Below are positions 50,590 to 63,129 of a stretch of 64,000 nucleotides of DNA, piece after piece. A program made the translations under genes and the position numbers. The stretch comes from Callorhinchus milii (lineage: Eukaryota). Each line of letters starts with the position of its first letter. Within the stretch, counting starts at the first letter, position 1. The notes under the pieces are model-generated. The model was not told the DNA's origin, ran no database searches, and was given only the letters and a program-made list of their open reading frames with translations. Location: NCBI RefSeq assembly GCF_018977255.1, contig NW_024704742.1, positions 88,352,001 to 88,416,000 of the forward strand, written 5' to 3'.

Positions 50590-51381
50590 TCGCAGCCTCC
50601 ACCCTCGACTCCAGGATTGTTGATGCCCTGGCTAATTGTCTGCCTGACATCAGGTCCTGGACGAGAGCCAACTTCCTCTAGTTCGATGCTGGCGAGGCCT
50701 CCTGTTTGGCTCCAGGCAGTGTCTCCTCACATCAGCCACTGACTCTATCACCATTCATGGCTGCACTCTTCACCTCACCGAGCCAATTCGAAACCTCGGG
50801 GTCGTTTTCGACCCTCAGCTATCCTTCAAACCCCACATTCGTACCGTGAGCCGTTCCATCTTTCCACACCTCCACAACATTGCCTGCCTCCGCCACTGCC
50901 TCTCACTGCAGGGCGCCGAGCCCCTGATCCACGCTTTCCTTATGTCTCAACTTGACTACGCCAACTGCCTGCTCACTTCCCTTCCCGACTCTTCCCTCCA
51001 CAAGTTGCAGATTATTCAGAACTCTGCAGCGCGTGTCCTCTCCCACACCAGCCTCCGGGAACCTATTACCCCCATTCTTGCCCGGCTTCATTGGCTCCCC
51101 ATTCCTCAGAGAATCGAGTACAAAACCCTCATTCTTACCTTGAAGACCTTCCTCTTCAATCATGCTTTCGGCCTTGCTCCCTCTCTTGCCTCCTTCAAGG
51201 CACAACTCAAGACCCTCCTTTTTTTGACCATGCCTTCAGCTGCACTCCTACCCCCTCTGACCTCCCTCATCCTAACCCTGCCCCCCACTCTCGGGTCCTT
51301 ATCCCTCACTGTTCAGTGCCTTGGGATGTCTTCCTAATGTGAAAGCTGTTTTACAAATGTAATTTTCTTGTTGTTGTTGTT
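50590..51381 (+). mobile_element. L2-clade LINE, degenerate 3' fragment with internal deletion
   Basis: LIHAFLMSQLDYANCLL...LQIIQNSAARVLS...LARLHWLPIPQRIEYK; stops upstream; same 3' tail and (TTG)n as the 28711 copy. Confidence 0.9.
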
Positions 51382-51734
51382 TGGGGGAGATTTGGGGTTT
51401 GGGTTCAGTATTATTGGAACGGCTTGATCTGTTTTGCCAACATAACATTATATAAAATTACATAGGCTGAACATGTTAGAACACAACAATTTGAATCCTT
51501 AAACTCAGGTGATAATGAGGAGTGATAAAAGAGGCTCACTGCTGGCATCACTTCCTGCACAATGGCATTATCTCCAGAAGCACCAGAGCTGCATAGTGTG
51601 CACAGTATAGCACGAGTTCACAGAATGAGTAAACCTACGCTAAAACAGTGTATGTTATAATGGGATTGGTCTCTTCTCACAGCTTTAAGCGTAGCTTTAT
51701 ATTGAAAAGCGAGCAGAGCATTTGAGTGCATTAA

Positions 51735-52202
51735 TAATAAAAATTAATAGTAATCCTTGCATTTAATATAACACCTTTCACATCAAGAGGTGGCTCAAAA
51801 AGCTTCACAGAATCTTACCATGAAGTAACTGTGTATTTGTAGGCGATTGCAGCAGCAAATTTGTACACAGCAGTGTCGCACAAAGAGCCATGAAGTTAAT
51901 GACTGATTTTATCTGGAGGATTGTTGGCTAGGATACCAGAAGAAACTCCCTTCTATTTTCAAATAGTGCCATAATATCTTTAACATCCACCTGAACAGGC
52001 AGATGGGACCTTGATTTATCCCCAGGTCCTAAAGGTGCTGTTCTTCATCTGAAGAACAGCACCTCCAAGAATGCAACATACCCCAGCACTGTATTCGACT
52101 GTCATGGAGTATGCCTAGACTGTGAGCTCAAACCCCAATGTGGGGCTTGAACCTACAGCCTTTTGACTCTGAGGCAAGAGATCTACCAACTAAGTCAGGC
52201 TA
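51735..52202 (-). mobile_element. SINE family B, full length
   Basis: Complete from tail to head. Confidence 0.88.
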
Positions 52203-52244
52203 ATTTTGTAGTGTGTGAAGGGAGTGGACTTGATGGGCTAAATA

Positions 52245-52422
52245 CAGTAAACTCCTGATAACTCGACCCTGGCATAACTTGCCAGGACCACCTAAATCAT
52301 CACGTTGTCAATATCCCATCCGCATTAATTTATGCATTTATACATATGCCTAACTCACCACTCCAGATAACTCGTCAATGAGCCTTTCTCCCTTGGAGTA
52401 GCAAGTTACCAGGAATATATTG
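52245..52422. mobile_element. Tc1/mariner (pogo/Tigger-like) MITE
   Basis: TA|cagtaaactcctgataactcg ... caagttaccaggaatatattg|TC: imperfect TIRs of about 21 bp starting CAGT, with a TA target on the left and a subterminal gataactcg repeat. Confidence 0.65.
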
Positions 52423-52894
52423 TCGTTTTCTCTTGTTTTCTGCTTACGTGTTTTTTCTCAATTACATTTGTAAATGGAGTGCTTAGTTGAAAGGGGATTT
52501 TTTCTAGCACAGTGGTTTGTACCAAATTGCAAACAAAAGTGTAAAGCAATGTCATTGGTGAAACAATGGTACTGTCACATCAATGATCTCGTCTGTCAAA
52601 AAACATTACATTTTATTATTAAAAGATCTTCTAAAGGAAAATAATATTCCATTACTTTGCTCAGCAGCAGCTGGAATGTCTGCTGAACTTTTTGAAGCAA
52701 CCAGTAACACAGCTTAAAGCAAACTTTTCAGATGCACGTTAATAATAATAATAAAATAATAATAATATAGTTCAAACATACTAAGAAAATTTACAACTAT
52801 TCGTACGTAACGTGGCAGTGTTATTGGTCTGGCTGATGCATCACTGAAACCATTTAGAAACTACTTTTTCAGAGTGATTTGAACTGTAATAACA

Positions 52895-53378
52895 TAATAA
52901 TAATTTGGTTCAGAACCTTGCATTTGGTAGAGCGCCTTTCACATCAGGAGGATGTCCCAAAGCACTTCATAGGTTTACTGTAAAGCATAGTAACTCTATT
53001 ATTGTAGGCTTGGGACATCCTTCTGATATACAAATGTAATTTTGTTGTTGTTGTTGTAGTAGGCGAAAGAAACAACCAAGTTGCAAATAGTAACATCCCA
53101 CAAACAGCATGAAATGAATGACCATTTTTTGATTTGGGGGGATTGGTGGCCAAGACACTGGGAGAAACTCCCTTCTCTCTTCAAATAATGCCATAGGATC
53201 TTTAACTTCCACCTGAACAGGCAGACTGGGCTTTAGTTTAATGTTGCATCTAAAGGACAGCACCTCCAATAATGCAGCATATCCCCAGCATCGCGCTGCA
53301 GCATCATCATTTCCAAGTTTTGGGACTTAACCTTCTGACTCAGAGGTGAAAGTGTTAGGAACTGAGCTAGGATGACAC
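52895..53378 (-). mobile_element. SINE family B containing a 49-nt L2-tail insertion
   Basis: Complete element; the insertion at 53010-53058 is flanked by gtaggc direct repeats. Confidence 0.85.
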
Positions 53379-55703
53379 ACACTTGCTTTTGGTATAGCAC
53401 CATTCACGTCAAGAGGACAGCTGAAATTGCTTCTCAGGATTTCAGTGTGAAATGGAGTGACTGTGTATTTGTAGGTGAACCCAGCAGCCCAGTTGCGCAC
53501 AGTCAAGAAGTAAATGGCAAATTATTGTTTCTTCAACCGTGCCTTCAGCTCCCCTCTTGACTCTCTACCCCCTCCTCGCTCCCTCCCTTCCCTCCCCTCA
53601 ACCTGACCATTTCCCCCCTGCTCGGGTTCCGATCCAACTGCCCAGCGCCTTGGGACATCCTCCCGACATGAAAGACGCACTATAAATGCAATCTTGTTGT
53701 TTTTGTTGTTCTTGGTAATAGTGCCAGAGCTTTACGGCCCCTGAGTCACAAAGCAGAAGAACAAAATTAATAAATCAACAAATAGGATGCTGATTGGAAA
53801 TACTGCACCCCAGTTATTGCCAGTGAAAAAGATTGCAAAAGAGTAACCATGCAGTCATGCTCAATGATTAGTTCAGAATTACTGTGGTGTATATATATGA
53901 AATCAATTGGATTAAGTATATAAAAAAATTATAGATTCAGTAGTTTAATCTGGGATATCAGTATTTATGCTGAATACAATTCAAGATGAAAAGTTGGGAG
54001 TTTGGAATGCAAAGCTTTGCCAATGTTTCTCTTTTGCCAAGTTTGATTCAAAACCCCCCTCCTGAAGAATACACCCTTCAGAGATGCTCAGAGACCGTAC
54101 CTTTTGTGAAAGGCATTATGTAAATGCAAGTTGTTGTTGTTGGTGTTACTTTGTACACGGATTTCACAGGGTCAGCCCGCGAAAGGGAGAATTAAAAAAC
54201 ATCATCCAGCAGAACAGGGCCTGCCACTTTTTATTCTGTTTTTCGGAGAAATATTAAACCTCGTTCATGCCTAACTTTGCCTGATTTAATTCTGCACATG
54301 ACCTGTATGGAACGAGGGGATCAATGGCCTATGGTACTCGCTGTTCTTGGCCTGCAGCTAAGAATGATCACTTGGGCAAGGCACTGGGGAAGTGGTGTGT
54401 AACTGCAGCCCAGCGCCAATTACCTCTTTCAGAAAGAAATGGGAGATAACTGGAAAAGAGACAAGTGAGCTTCAGGCTAAAGCAACTTGAGGCTGCCCTC
54501 TCCAGATGCATTTGCTTCTGCTAATGCTGGCCAATATGGACCATTTGTTGTGTTGTGCTGCATTGAAATGTTTGATACAGCACCAACACCAGTTCTGCTG
54601 TATAAGTGCTGTTTATCCCAACAGGATCGGCCTGTCCAAGTGGACGACCAGATGTTGCAGATTTTCCATCTAAAAGGAGAAATAAGTTTCTCCCAGTGTC
54701 CTGGTCAACAATTGGTTTGAGTACTCTTAAGCATAGTGATCTTAAGCCTGTGTCACACACCCAGCTAACCAAAACAAAACATTTATATAGCGCCGTTCAC
54801 ACAGAATCACATCCTTCACATTGCTGTGCGCAAATTACAAATATTCAGTCACTATTATGAATATTGCAATGTAATTTACATTACTGCCTTTAACAACAAC
54901 ATAACAATGAGCACTTAAGAGTGGCAGAGCTTGATGCTGAGCTGGGGAGAAAGAGTTTAAATAAACTTGGGTTCATCCTAGCCAGATCGTGAAACATTCA
55001 GCTGACTTTATAATGAGAAAAGAATCTTTATAAAATAGAAACATTTACTATTTACTAGCAAGCAATGCAACTTATTCCCTGGATTCACATCAGTATACAT
55101 GACGTAGGCACTGCCTTAGTCTGGCATCTCATATGCAAGCAATACCATTTTTGTTTGTTTTTGGTTCACTTGTACTGTGAACATATTTAAACCACAATGT
55201 GGAATGAAGCACTTTGTTTTGAAAATCAACAAAATGTAGTGCTTCGGGATTGTCGATTTTTATAACATCAGATTAAGATTCTTTTTGAACATTGAAAACA
55301 GTATTTACAAAGCATTAAACATGCCAGTTGTACCAAGGATAACACAAATAGTGACTTTAACACGTTTTAGCCTATTACTGTGCCAATGAGAAACATCATA
55401 TTTAGCCATTTAAATGCAATAACAATGATTTTATGTTTACACGGTGGCTTTCACATCTGGATGATATCTCAGAGAGCTTGACAAAGCTGGAGCTGGTGGT
55501 GGGGTAGAGGGAGAAATAAATGGATATGGAACTAACTAAGCAAGCTGAACAATTTTCTTTTGATTAAAGACACACTACCAGCACTCAGCAACTGAGGTTC
55601 CTTATACCTCCTTTTGAGTCAGAATGTTTCAACAACAACAACTTGCACTTATATGGCACCCTCCATGCAGGGTAGCGTCTCAGAGTGTAACTGATCTGCA
55701 TTT

Positions 55704-56010
55704 TGGAGTCCTGTAGCTCAGTGGTTTGACCACTCGCCTCGCAAGCGAGAGACCTGGGTTCGATTCACAGCAGGGCGAAACCTTGGGCAAGTTTTCTTAC
55801 TCCACATGGCTGATAATAATCCCTCAAGAAAAAATAATAATAATTTGGTCCAATCCACAATTGTTTGTGGGACACTGCTGTGCTCAATTGGCTGCTGCGT
55901 TTCACCCACAAATATACAGTCAATTCACTTTACAGTATATTCTGTAAAGCGCTTTGAGAAGTCTCAAAGACATGAGAAGTGCTATATCAAATGCAAGGAT
56001 TATTATTATT
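55704..56010 (+). mobile_element. SINE family A with core deletion
   Basis: ggagtcctgtagctcagtgg...gggttcgattc...aaatgcaaggattattattatt. Confidence 0.9.
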
Positions 56011-57855
56011 AACAAATGATTACATGCCAATCCCATATTAAGAAGGCCTGTCAGTCCATTTAATCTCAGTTTTCCAAAATACCCATTCTACTCTCTTCCT
56101 GTCAAAGCATCTAGTTGTTTCACACATTGAGACCAGCATCCTTAATCAGAAGCCGGTTAAGAATTATTTCCAATTTATGACTGAATTTGAATTTGAGAAT
56201 GTTTATGACCTGATGTTTTAAGTCAATGGCTAAGACCACGAGAGACAGAGCTTTGTGACATCTCAACAAAGTGATAAGGTGCTATATCAAGTGCAAGGAT
56301 TATTATTATTTATTATTATAGATATAGGACCTGGGATTTCTTCCTGTATTGCCCAAAAACTTCACTTCAAACACTAGGAATTCTTACGGAAAAAGAGAAT
56401 GCAAAAAGGTGATCTTGAAAAGCACTTTGGTATGTATCTTTATGCAACGAACCATTTTTAACACAAGGGAATTGTTTTGAAAAGCTCTTGGGTGAGAGCT
56501 TAATATCTGTAATGTAAATAATTTCTGAAACGTTGATGCAAAGCCTAAGTTTGGAAAAGCGGGATATGTAGGTTGAAATTACACAGTTGCTTCGGTCTTT
56601 CCTGCAGCTAGTTCCCATCTGTTGCCAAGCCTGTGGTTTTGTTTCATGGAATTGATTAACTTTACCCATTCCATCAACTTCTTGTGTTTGTACAAGCCTA
56701 AGCTTATGTGAAGCTTAAGCCTATGTTAGGCCTTTGCAATTAATTCATGGCACAAATAGCTTCCACTGCTTGGAAACATGTAGAACTTAAATATGGATAC
56801 TGTTACTGGGAACTACTGAAATCCAAGTGTTATGAGCCTCAAACAAATCCTTTATTTCCATTTCAACTGTATAGGAGCAAAAGAAGGCCATATAACCTTC
56901 TCTCCATTTTATTATATTATGGAAGTCTTTATTTTTTTAATCCCATTTCCCCTGCCTTTTCTCCATCTGCGTTAATACCCTTACTATCTCTCTATCATGC
57001 TCTTAAACACCTCATTCATTCTAAGGCGGTACTTCCACATTCTCACAATGTTCATGTGAATAAATCTTTTCTGTTTACACCTCATCTCTGCTTTTAAGAT
57101 TATGTGCTACTGTTCTGGATTCCCATGGTAAAGGGAAGAGACATTTCCTCTCTACCTCAACAATTCACTTGTTGATTTAAACAGCTCAGTTACATCACCC
57201 ATTTAGTTCTGCACTCCAGGAAATATCAGTTGAGTTTACCCTGCCTTTGATTTTAACTATACAGAGATGGATAGACACAGTTAATAGGTACACGATTCAA
57301 TTGTTATTCATCTTACATGGCCTATATTGCTTTGACTTAATGTGAAAGTTATTCAAAACACAGCCAAGAGAGTCAGAACGTATTAATAAAATTCTTCATT
57401 GACAGACAGAACTGATTAAAAAAACTTAATGTCTCTTGATGTGACCAGATTGAGTTGAAGATTGTGCATATGTCTATGTTGGTGTACTTACTCGGTGTGT
57501 GCGCGTGTGTGTTTGTGTTGGGTGTGGGCGAGGTGGGGCAGTGCACATGGAGCAATTTGCTGATCACTGATGAATTTCCCAACTAGTTGGTGAGAATACA
57601 TGATCCTCGACAGATTATTAAGGTTATTGATTGTAGTGGTTTGAGCTCATGAGGACACAAAAATATTGTGTCCACTGGTATCTGTGACAGACTGTTTGAG
57701 AAAGTAAACCCAGAACAGTACTTTCTGATGAGACGGGACAGTGGAACAAGAGGGCACAGGATCAGGGCCTTAAAGGATATAATTCAGAACCTACAGCAGG
57801 AAGTATCATATAGAGGGTAATTAATGACTGAAACAGGTTGGCAGAAAGATTATGA

Positions 57856-58200
57856 TATAATAATAATTCTTGCATTTGATTTAGAGCCTTATCACATCTT
57901 CTAGGCATTTCAAAAAGCTTCACAGTACTGTAAAGTGAATTGACTGTATGCTTTGTGGGCGAAACACAGATGCCAATTGTGCGCTTCAGTGTTCCACAAA
58001 CAGTCGTGCATTTGAGAGACCAAATTATTGTTTTTTTTAAAGGATTATTACACCCGGAAAAGCGATCTGTCAATTGACTAACAACTGTGTTCCTAATTAC
58101 TTAACAGAGTCGTGTGGAGTGAGGAAACTTGCCTAATGTTTCGCCCTGCCCAGGAATCAAAACCAGGTCCTCTCGCTTGCGAGGCAAATGCTCTAAACAA
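57856..58200 (-). mobile_element. SINE family A (left member of a head-to-head pair)
   Basis: Reads tail to head and lacks about the first 20 nt of the head. Confidence 0.85.
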
Positions 58201-58207
58201 TGCACTT

Positions 58208-58531
58208 GTGGAGTCCTGCAGTTCAGTGGTTAGAGCACTCGCCTTGCAAGCGAGACACCTGGGTTCAATTCCAGGCAGGGCGAAACCTTGGGAAAGTTTC
58301 CTTACTCCACACGCCTAAATATAATCCCTCCAAAAACAAAAACAATAATAAATTAGTTATTTTCAAATCACGACTGTTTGTAGGACACTGCTGTACATAA
58401 TTGGCTGCTGCGTTTCGCCCACAAAATATAGTCAATTCACTTTGCAGTATATTCTGTGAAGACCTTTGAGACATCTGGATGACGTGAAAAAGCGCTATAT
58501 CAAAATGCAAGGATTATTATTATTATTATTA
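58208..58531 (+). mobile_element. SINE family A (right member of a head-to-head pair)
   Basis: gtggagtcctgcagttcagtggttagagc...ggattattattattattatt. Confidence 0.9.
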
Positions 58532-59284
58532 CTACAGTTTGGCTGAGGCCAGGACACCGGACTCATCTAAGAAACAGCTTTAATGCTAGGAAATCAGTCT
58601 GGAAGGGTAGTCTGGAAGGATGCGATCAAATGAGCCAAAGAACCTTCTTCATCCGAATCTCTCTTGTGATCTTGCGATTGTGTTAGAGTGGGAAGCACAA
58701 CAGCAAAGTGGTGTGCTTGGAGGATAAGAGGATGTGAGCAGTGATCCACAATGGTACAGAACTTCAGTGATAAAGGAGAAAGTCATAGAGCGAGTGTGTT
58801 ACCAAGAAGAATGAGTGTAAATGGAAACCACGGTGACAGCACTCACTACAGCCTGGTGCTGGTCCAACTTGTTTTCATGATATACTTCTCTGGTTACAAG
58901 AGGAGCGCTAGCCCTTTGTGACTGTTTGGCAACAACACTAAAATTAAAGTTAAAGGAAGGCTGCTGAGATAAACTTTCTTTCCAGAATACAGCAATAAAA
59001 CAATCCCGTTCATGTGGAGCGGTTCAAGGCTGGACGAGCGATAACAAGCTTGGGTCATACTCAATGACGTAATGCATTGCTGAATAATACTATCACCAAC
59101 AGCGACAGTTGCTACAGGGAAACAAGGATCACATCGCACATTTAACTCCAATGGACATGTGGAGCAGAAGTTAAAAAGACTCTTGGTTTGCTTGTTTCTG
59201 GATATAGACACGTTTATTAATTGTCGCGGGAGGGGAAGAAAAATGTGCCATGTGATGTGATGATTATCACCATGATAATTATCA

Positions 59285-59585
59285 GGTGTCAGCCTGGTTC
59301 AGTTGGTAGCATTCTCACCTCTGAGTCTGAAGGGTTCAAGCCCCCGTCAGGATTTTGAACTCGCAGTCAAGTTTGACGCACGAATGGAGTGCTGAATTGT
59401 TGGAGATGCCATTCTTCAGATAAGATGTTAAACCAGGGACACGTCTGCCTATCCCATGACACTATATAACACGTGAGGGAGCTTCTCTCTGTGTGCTGGC
59501 CAACAAATCCCCAGATAAAATTGGTCATTACACTTCATGGCAGTTTGTGGGACATTACTGTGTGCAAATTGGCTATCGTGTTTAC
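59285..59585 (+). mobile_element. SINE family B lacking its tail
   Basis: gtgtcagcctggttcagttggtagcattctcacctctgagtc... Confidence 0.85.
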
Positions 59586-60519
59586 TGGTAATTCCTCCCC
59601 TCTCCCTGATTCTGTAACAATAATGTGACCTGAGGGCAATCTTGGCCATTAGGATCCCCCCACCCACCCCGCACTCCTAACAACCGATTATGGTGCCGAA
59701 TAGAGTTGAAATCTCACAGCGACCATAGCCCTGTCCTCTAGAGTTCTCTTTCAAAACCACTTTGCCTTACGACCTCTGTCCTGCCTTCAAAAGCCTCTAT
59801 GATACATATCCCTTGAACTGTTGTACATTTGAATGCATTCATTGAGACAACAAGAGGGCATAGATGTAGTGTTACAAAGGGCAATTTCAGGACAGACTTT
59901 AGGAAGTTTTTCTTTACTCAGAGGGTAACTAATGACTGGAACATGTTGCCAAGAAGGGTGATTGAGGCCTGGACCCTGGATTCATTTGAAAAGAATATTT
60001 GATGTGGTGGAGGGGATGGTACGGTGAGTCAATTCTTCATCTGAACCAATCTTATGACCTGGTAGCCTTGACAGGTTTCTTAATTTCTCATTTCCCTGCT
60101 CGCTGGCAGGTGCCTCTACATTTGCCATGTGCTTTGAGAGGTTTTATTAAGTGAAAGTGGCAATACAGATGCAAATTGCTTTCCTGTACCTCTGGATTAT
60201 CTATTTTCTTTCTCACTTAACAAGCACGTAACAACCTATTACTATCAAACTCTTTTTGATGTGAAATCTGAAATTTAAAAAACGCACATGCCGGAAATCT
60301 GCTGCATGCTAATCAATCTCTGAAAGAAAGAGAGACAGGTCAAGGCAATATCAAGTGAGAGCTTTCATTATGAAATTCCACACTTGAAGCCTTAGGCTGT
60401 CCTTCTCTTCCAGATGTTGATTAAGCTGTTTTGCATTTCCAGCATTATTTCAGATTACCATCATTTGGACTTTTATTTTTTGTATGCTTTTATATGCAAG
60501 GTAATACATATGTGGAACT

Positions 60520-60822
60520 GTCAGTCTGGTTTGGGTACCCTTAAACATGGCAATGGATTTCCAGGTTGTATCAGACAACAGCTGACTGTTGTCAGATGAA
60601 CAGCTGAAGTTCTCTCCCAAGTTACTTTATTATTTTGTGGTGTCTGACAAAGTGAAAACCCATCACCATTTCAAACTAAACTGAGAATTCCATGCATCCC
60701 ACCTGCACGTGGAAAATCCAGAGATTTTATTGAAATGGAATGCGCACTCTCTCCCTAGAGGGAAGCATCCTGTTTACCTAATTCCAGAGAGTATTAGGTG
60801 CAGGTTGGCAAGAGCCAAGCCG
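60520..60822. repeat. Unassigned dispersed repeat (about 200-250 nt), here as a partial palindrome
   Basis: Homologous to about 17020-17157, 21580-21775 and 33080-33295 (ggaatggaatgcgcactctctccct.gaggga.gcatcc motif). Confidence 0.75.
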
Positions 60823-61119
60823 GTGTTATTTTAAAAAGGTGAAGATAATAAAGAAACTTATAGATTGCAACTGAAGAAAGTTTTTCAATTGTACAGTGTT
60901 TAAAGTTAACATGTTGTTTTATTTCATTTCCCGGTTACCCTCTTCCATTTGAGGGGTGGATTTACCCCCCAGGTATTGAAGAAACTGTATATGCATTAGT
61001 TATAATCTTCCCAAGCTCTCTGAATTCAGGATTTGTAGCAGAAGGTGGAAAGGTAATGAATGTCACATAATAATTCAAGACGAGATATATCAGGTAACTA
61101 TTGGCCTGTGAGTTTATTA

Positions 61120-61558
61120 ATTAATAATAATAATCCTTGCATTTGATATAGCATCTTATCAAGCCATCAAGACATCTCAAAGTACTTCAAAAGGAATATT
61201 ATCAAATGGTGTGACTGTGTGTACTATGTGGGCAAATGCGACAGCCAATTAGTGCACAGCAATGGCCCCAAACAGCCACAAAGTGAGTGACCAATTTTAT
61301 TTGGTGGATTGTTGGCACCAGGGAAAACTCCCTTCTCTTTGTGAATTGTGCCATGGGACCTTTAATGGCCACCCGGACAGGTAGACAAGATCTTGGTTCA
61401 ACATCTTATCTGAAAGATGGCACCTCCAGTAATGCAGCACCCCCCCAGTACTGCATTGAAGTGTCATTGTAGATTATATGGGTTCCAACGTGGGGCTTGA
61501 ACCCACAACCTTCTGACTCAACAGGCGAGAGTGCTACAGACTAAGCCAGGCTGACACC
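61120..61558 (-). mobile_element. SINE family B, full length, inserted in a CR1 remnant
   Basis: (TAA)n ccttgcatttgatatagc...agccaggctgacac. Confidence 0.9.
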
Positions 61559-61668
61559 TTATATTACTGGAACCCATCATCAAGTGCAGAGTAACAAAAG
61601 TATTGCATAAAAGTGCACACATCAGGGAGAGTCAGGATGATTTTGTGGAAGGTAGATCATGTTTCACA

Positions 61669-61844
61669 GAATCATAGAATCGTAGAATCCTACAGCACAG
61701 AAGGAGTCCAGTCAGCTCATCGTGCTTGTGCCGGCTCTTTGAAATAGTCCCATTCCCCCATTCTTTTCCCATAGCCTTGTAATTTTTTCCTTTTCAAGTA
61801 TACATCCGATTCCCTTTTAAAGTTATTTTTGAATCTGCTTCCAC
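61669..61844 (-). mobile_element. CR1-type 3' end inserted with an 11-bp target-site duplication
   Basis: gaatcatagaatcgtagaatcctacagcacagaagg tail repeats, flanked by catgtttcaca (61658-61668) and catgtctcaca (61845-61855). Confidence 0.75.
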
Positions 61845-61987
61845 CATGTCTCACAATCCTTGTTTGACAGAACTACTGAGTCATAGATAAAGGAGGATCA
61901 AAAGAAGTCATTTATATAGATTTTCAGAAGGTGTTTAATAAGGTGCCACATAAGAGATGCTTTCATTACGGCACATGGACATGCCCC

Positions 61988-62118
61988 AGTCTGCCAAAGG
62001 GCTGTGGACCTGAAACGATGACTCACTTTCCTTTCTCCATAGATGCTGCCTGACCTGCTGAGTGTTCCCAGCGACTTCTGTTTTTGTTTCAGATTTCCAG
62101 CATCTGCAGTATTTTGTG
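61988..62118 (+). mobile_element. Penelope-like terminal repeat remnant
   Basis: gacctgaaacg..tctccatagatgctgcctgacctgctgagtgttcccagc..tttcagatttccagcatctgcagt resembles a recalled abundant chondrichthyan repeat. An inverted degenerate pair lies at about 60262-60456. Confidence 0.5.
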
Positions 62119-63129
62119 TTTTGTATTTAGAGGACTGTTGGCCAGGACATCACCAGTAGCGCTTGGTGGGTAGAACAGAAACAGAATAAAATAGGATCTC
62201 TGTCTTATGTTGTCCATAGACCAGAGTAAGAATACTAAGTTAGTGTCTCTCCCTAAAATAATATTAATAATTCTTGCATTTGGTATAGCTCCTTTCACAT
62301 CAGGAGGATGTTGCAAAGCACTTCACAGTATTTACTCTAAAGTGGAGTCGTCGTGTTCTTGGTAGGTGAACCCAGCAGCTCAGCTCAATGAAGTAGAATT
62401 GAACCTGGCACCTTTGGTGTCTGTAAGGCTCGACTATTCAATGAGTAAGCTAGCCATCAGGAAAGTTATCCACCCTTACTGTTATTTATAACCCTTTCAG
62501 TATTTCATATATTTTGAAGCTTTCAAAAAACACCCATTGTCGTGATGTAATATGCATGTCGTTTATTTTAGCATATTTATAGAATTTGTGACTTGCAGAG
62601 AATCACAACCGATTTAATTTTGTTATTGAAAGAATGTAACAAAGTGAACCTTGTTCCCCTCTTTAATGTGATACAAAATACTTTTGTTGGCCTTGTTTTG
62701 TGTTAAAATGCCAAAATATGCTAACTAGCCAGGAAAATTGAAACTGCAAAAAAACGTATTCTTTTCAAATCTTGAAACCAGCATGTTGCAGTCAGTTTGC
62801 GAGGACTAAGGTTTAATATTACTTTCCTGAACAGCTTTGGCTCTTTGAGACACTCTGAAGCAGAGGAATAATACAATGATTGACAAGGCGTATCACAGAG
62901 GTCCAATAGAGCAATGTTGTGAGTTGAACATTAAAATGGACACAATTATTTGGCTCGAAAAGCACAACTTGCACAAACATAAATTCTTGCAGCACTTGAT
63001 CGTACTCATTTAAAGGTATTAAATGTCTCAAAGGTAAATCAACTATTAATGTAGTAACTGTTTTTATAGGCAAATCCAGCACATATTTGAGCCAGCCAGT
63101 TCCCACAAATAGCCACACAGTGAACAACT

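Larger units (their letters stand above)
60995..61960 (+). mobile_element. Old CR1 reverse-transcriptase fragment split by two later insertions
   Basis: Collinear degenerate CR1 motifs: GNYxPVSL (about 61095), LLEPIIK..IRESQ..GRSC (61565-61668) and VIYIDFQKVFNKVPHKR (about 61908-61958). Confidence 0.75.

Noticed and set aside
55704..55775. tRNA-like cloverleafs with A and B boxes (also at 3318, 17520, 27100, 43000 and 58208)
   Set aside because: They are SINE heads: the anticodon varies between copies and each is followed by the SINE body.
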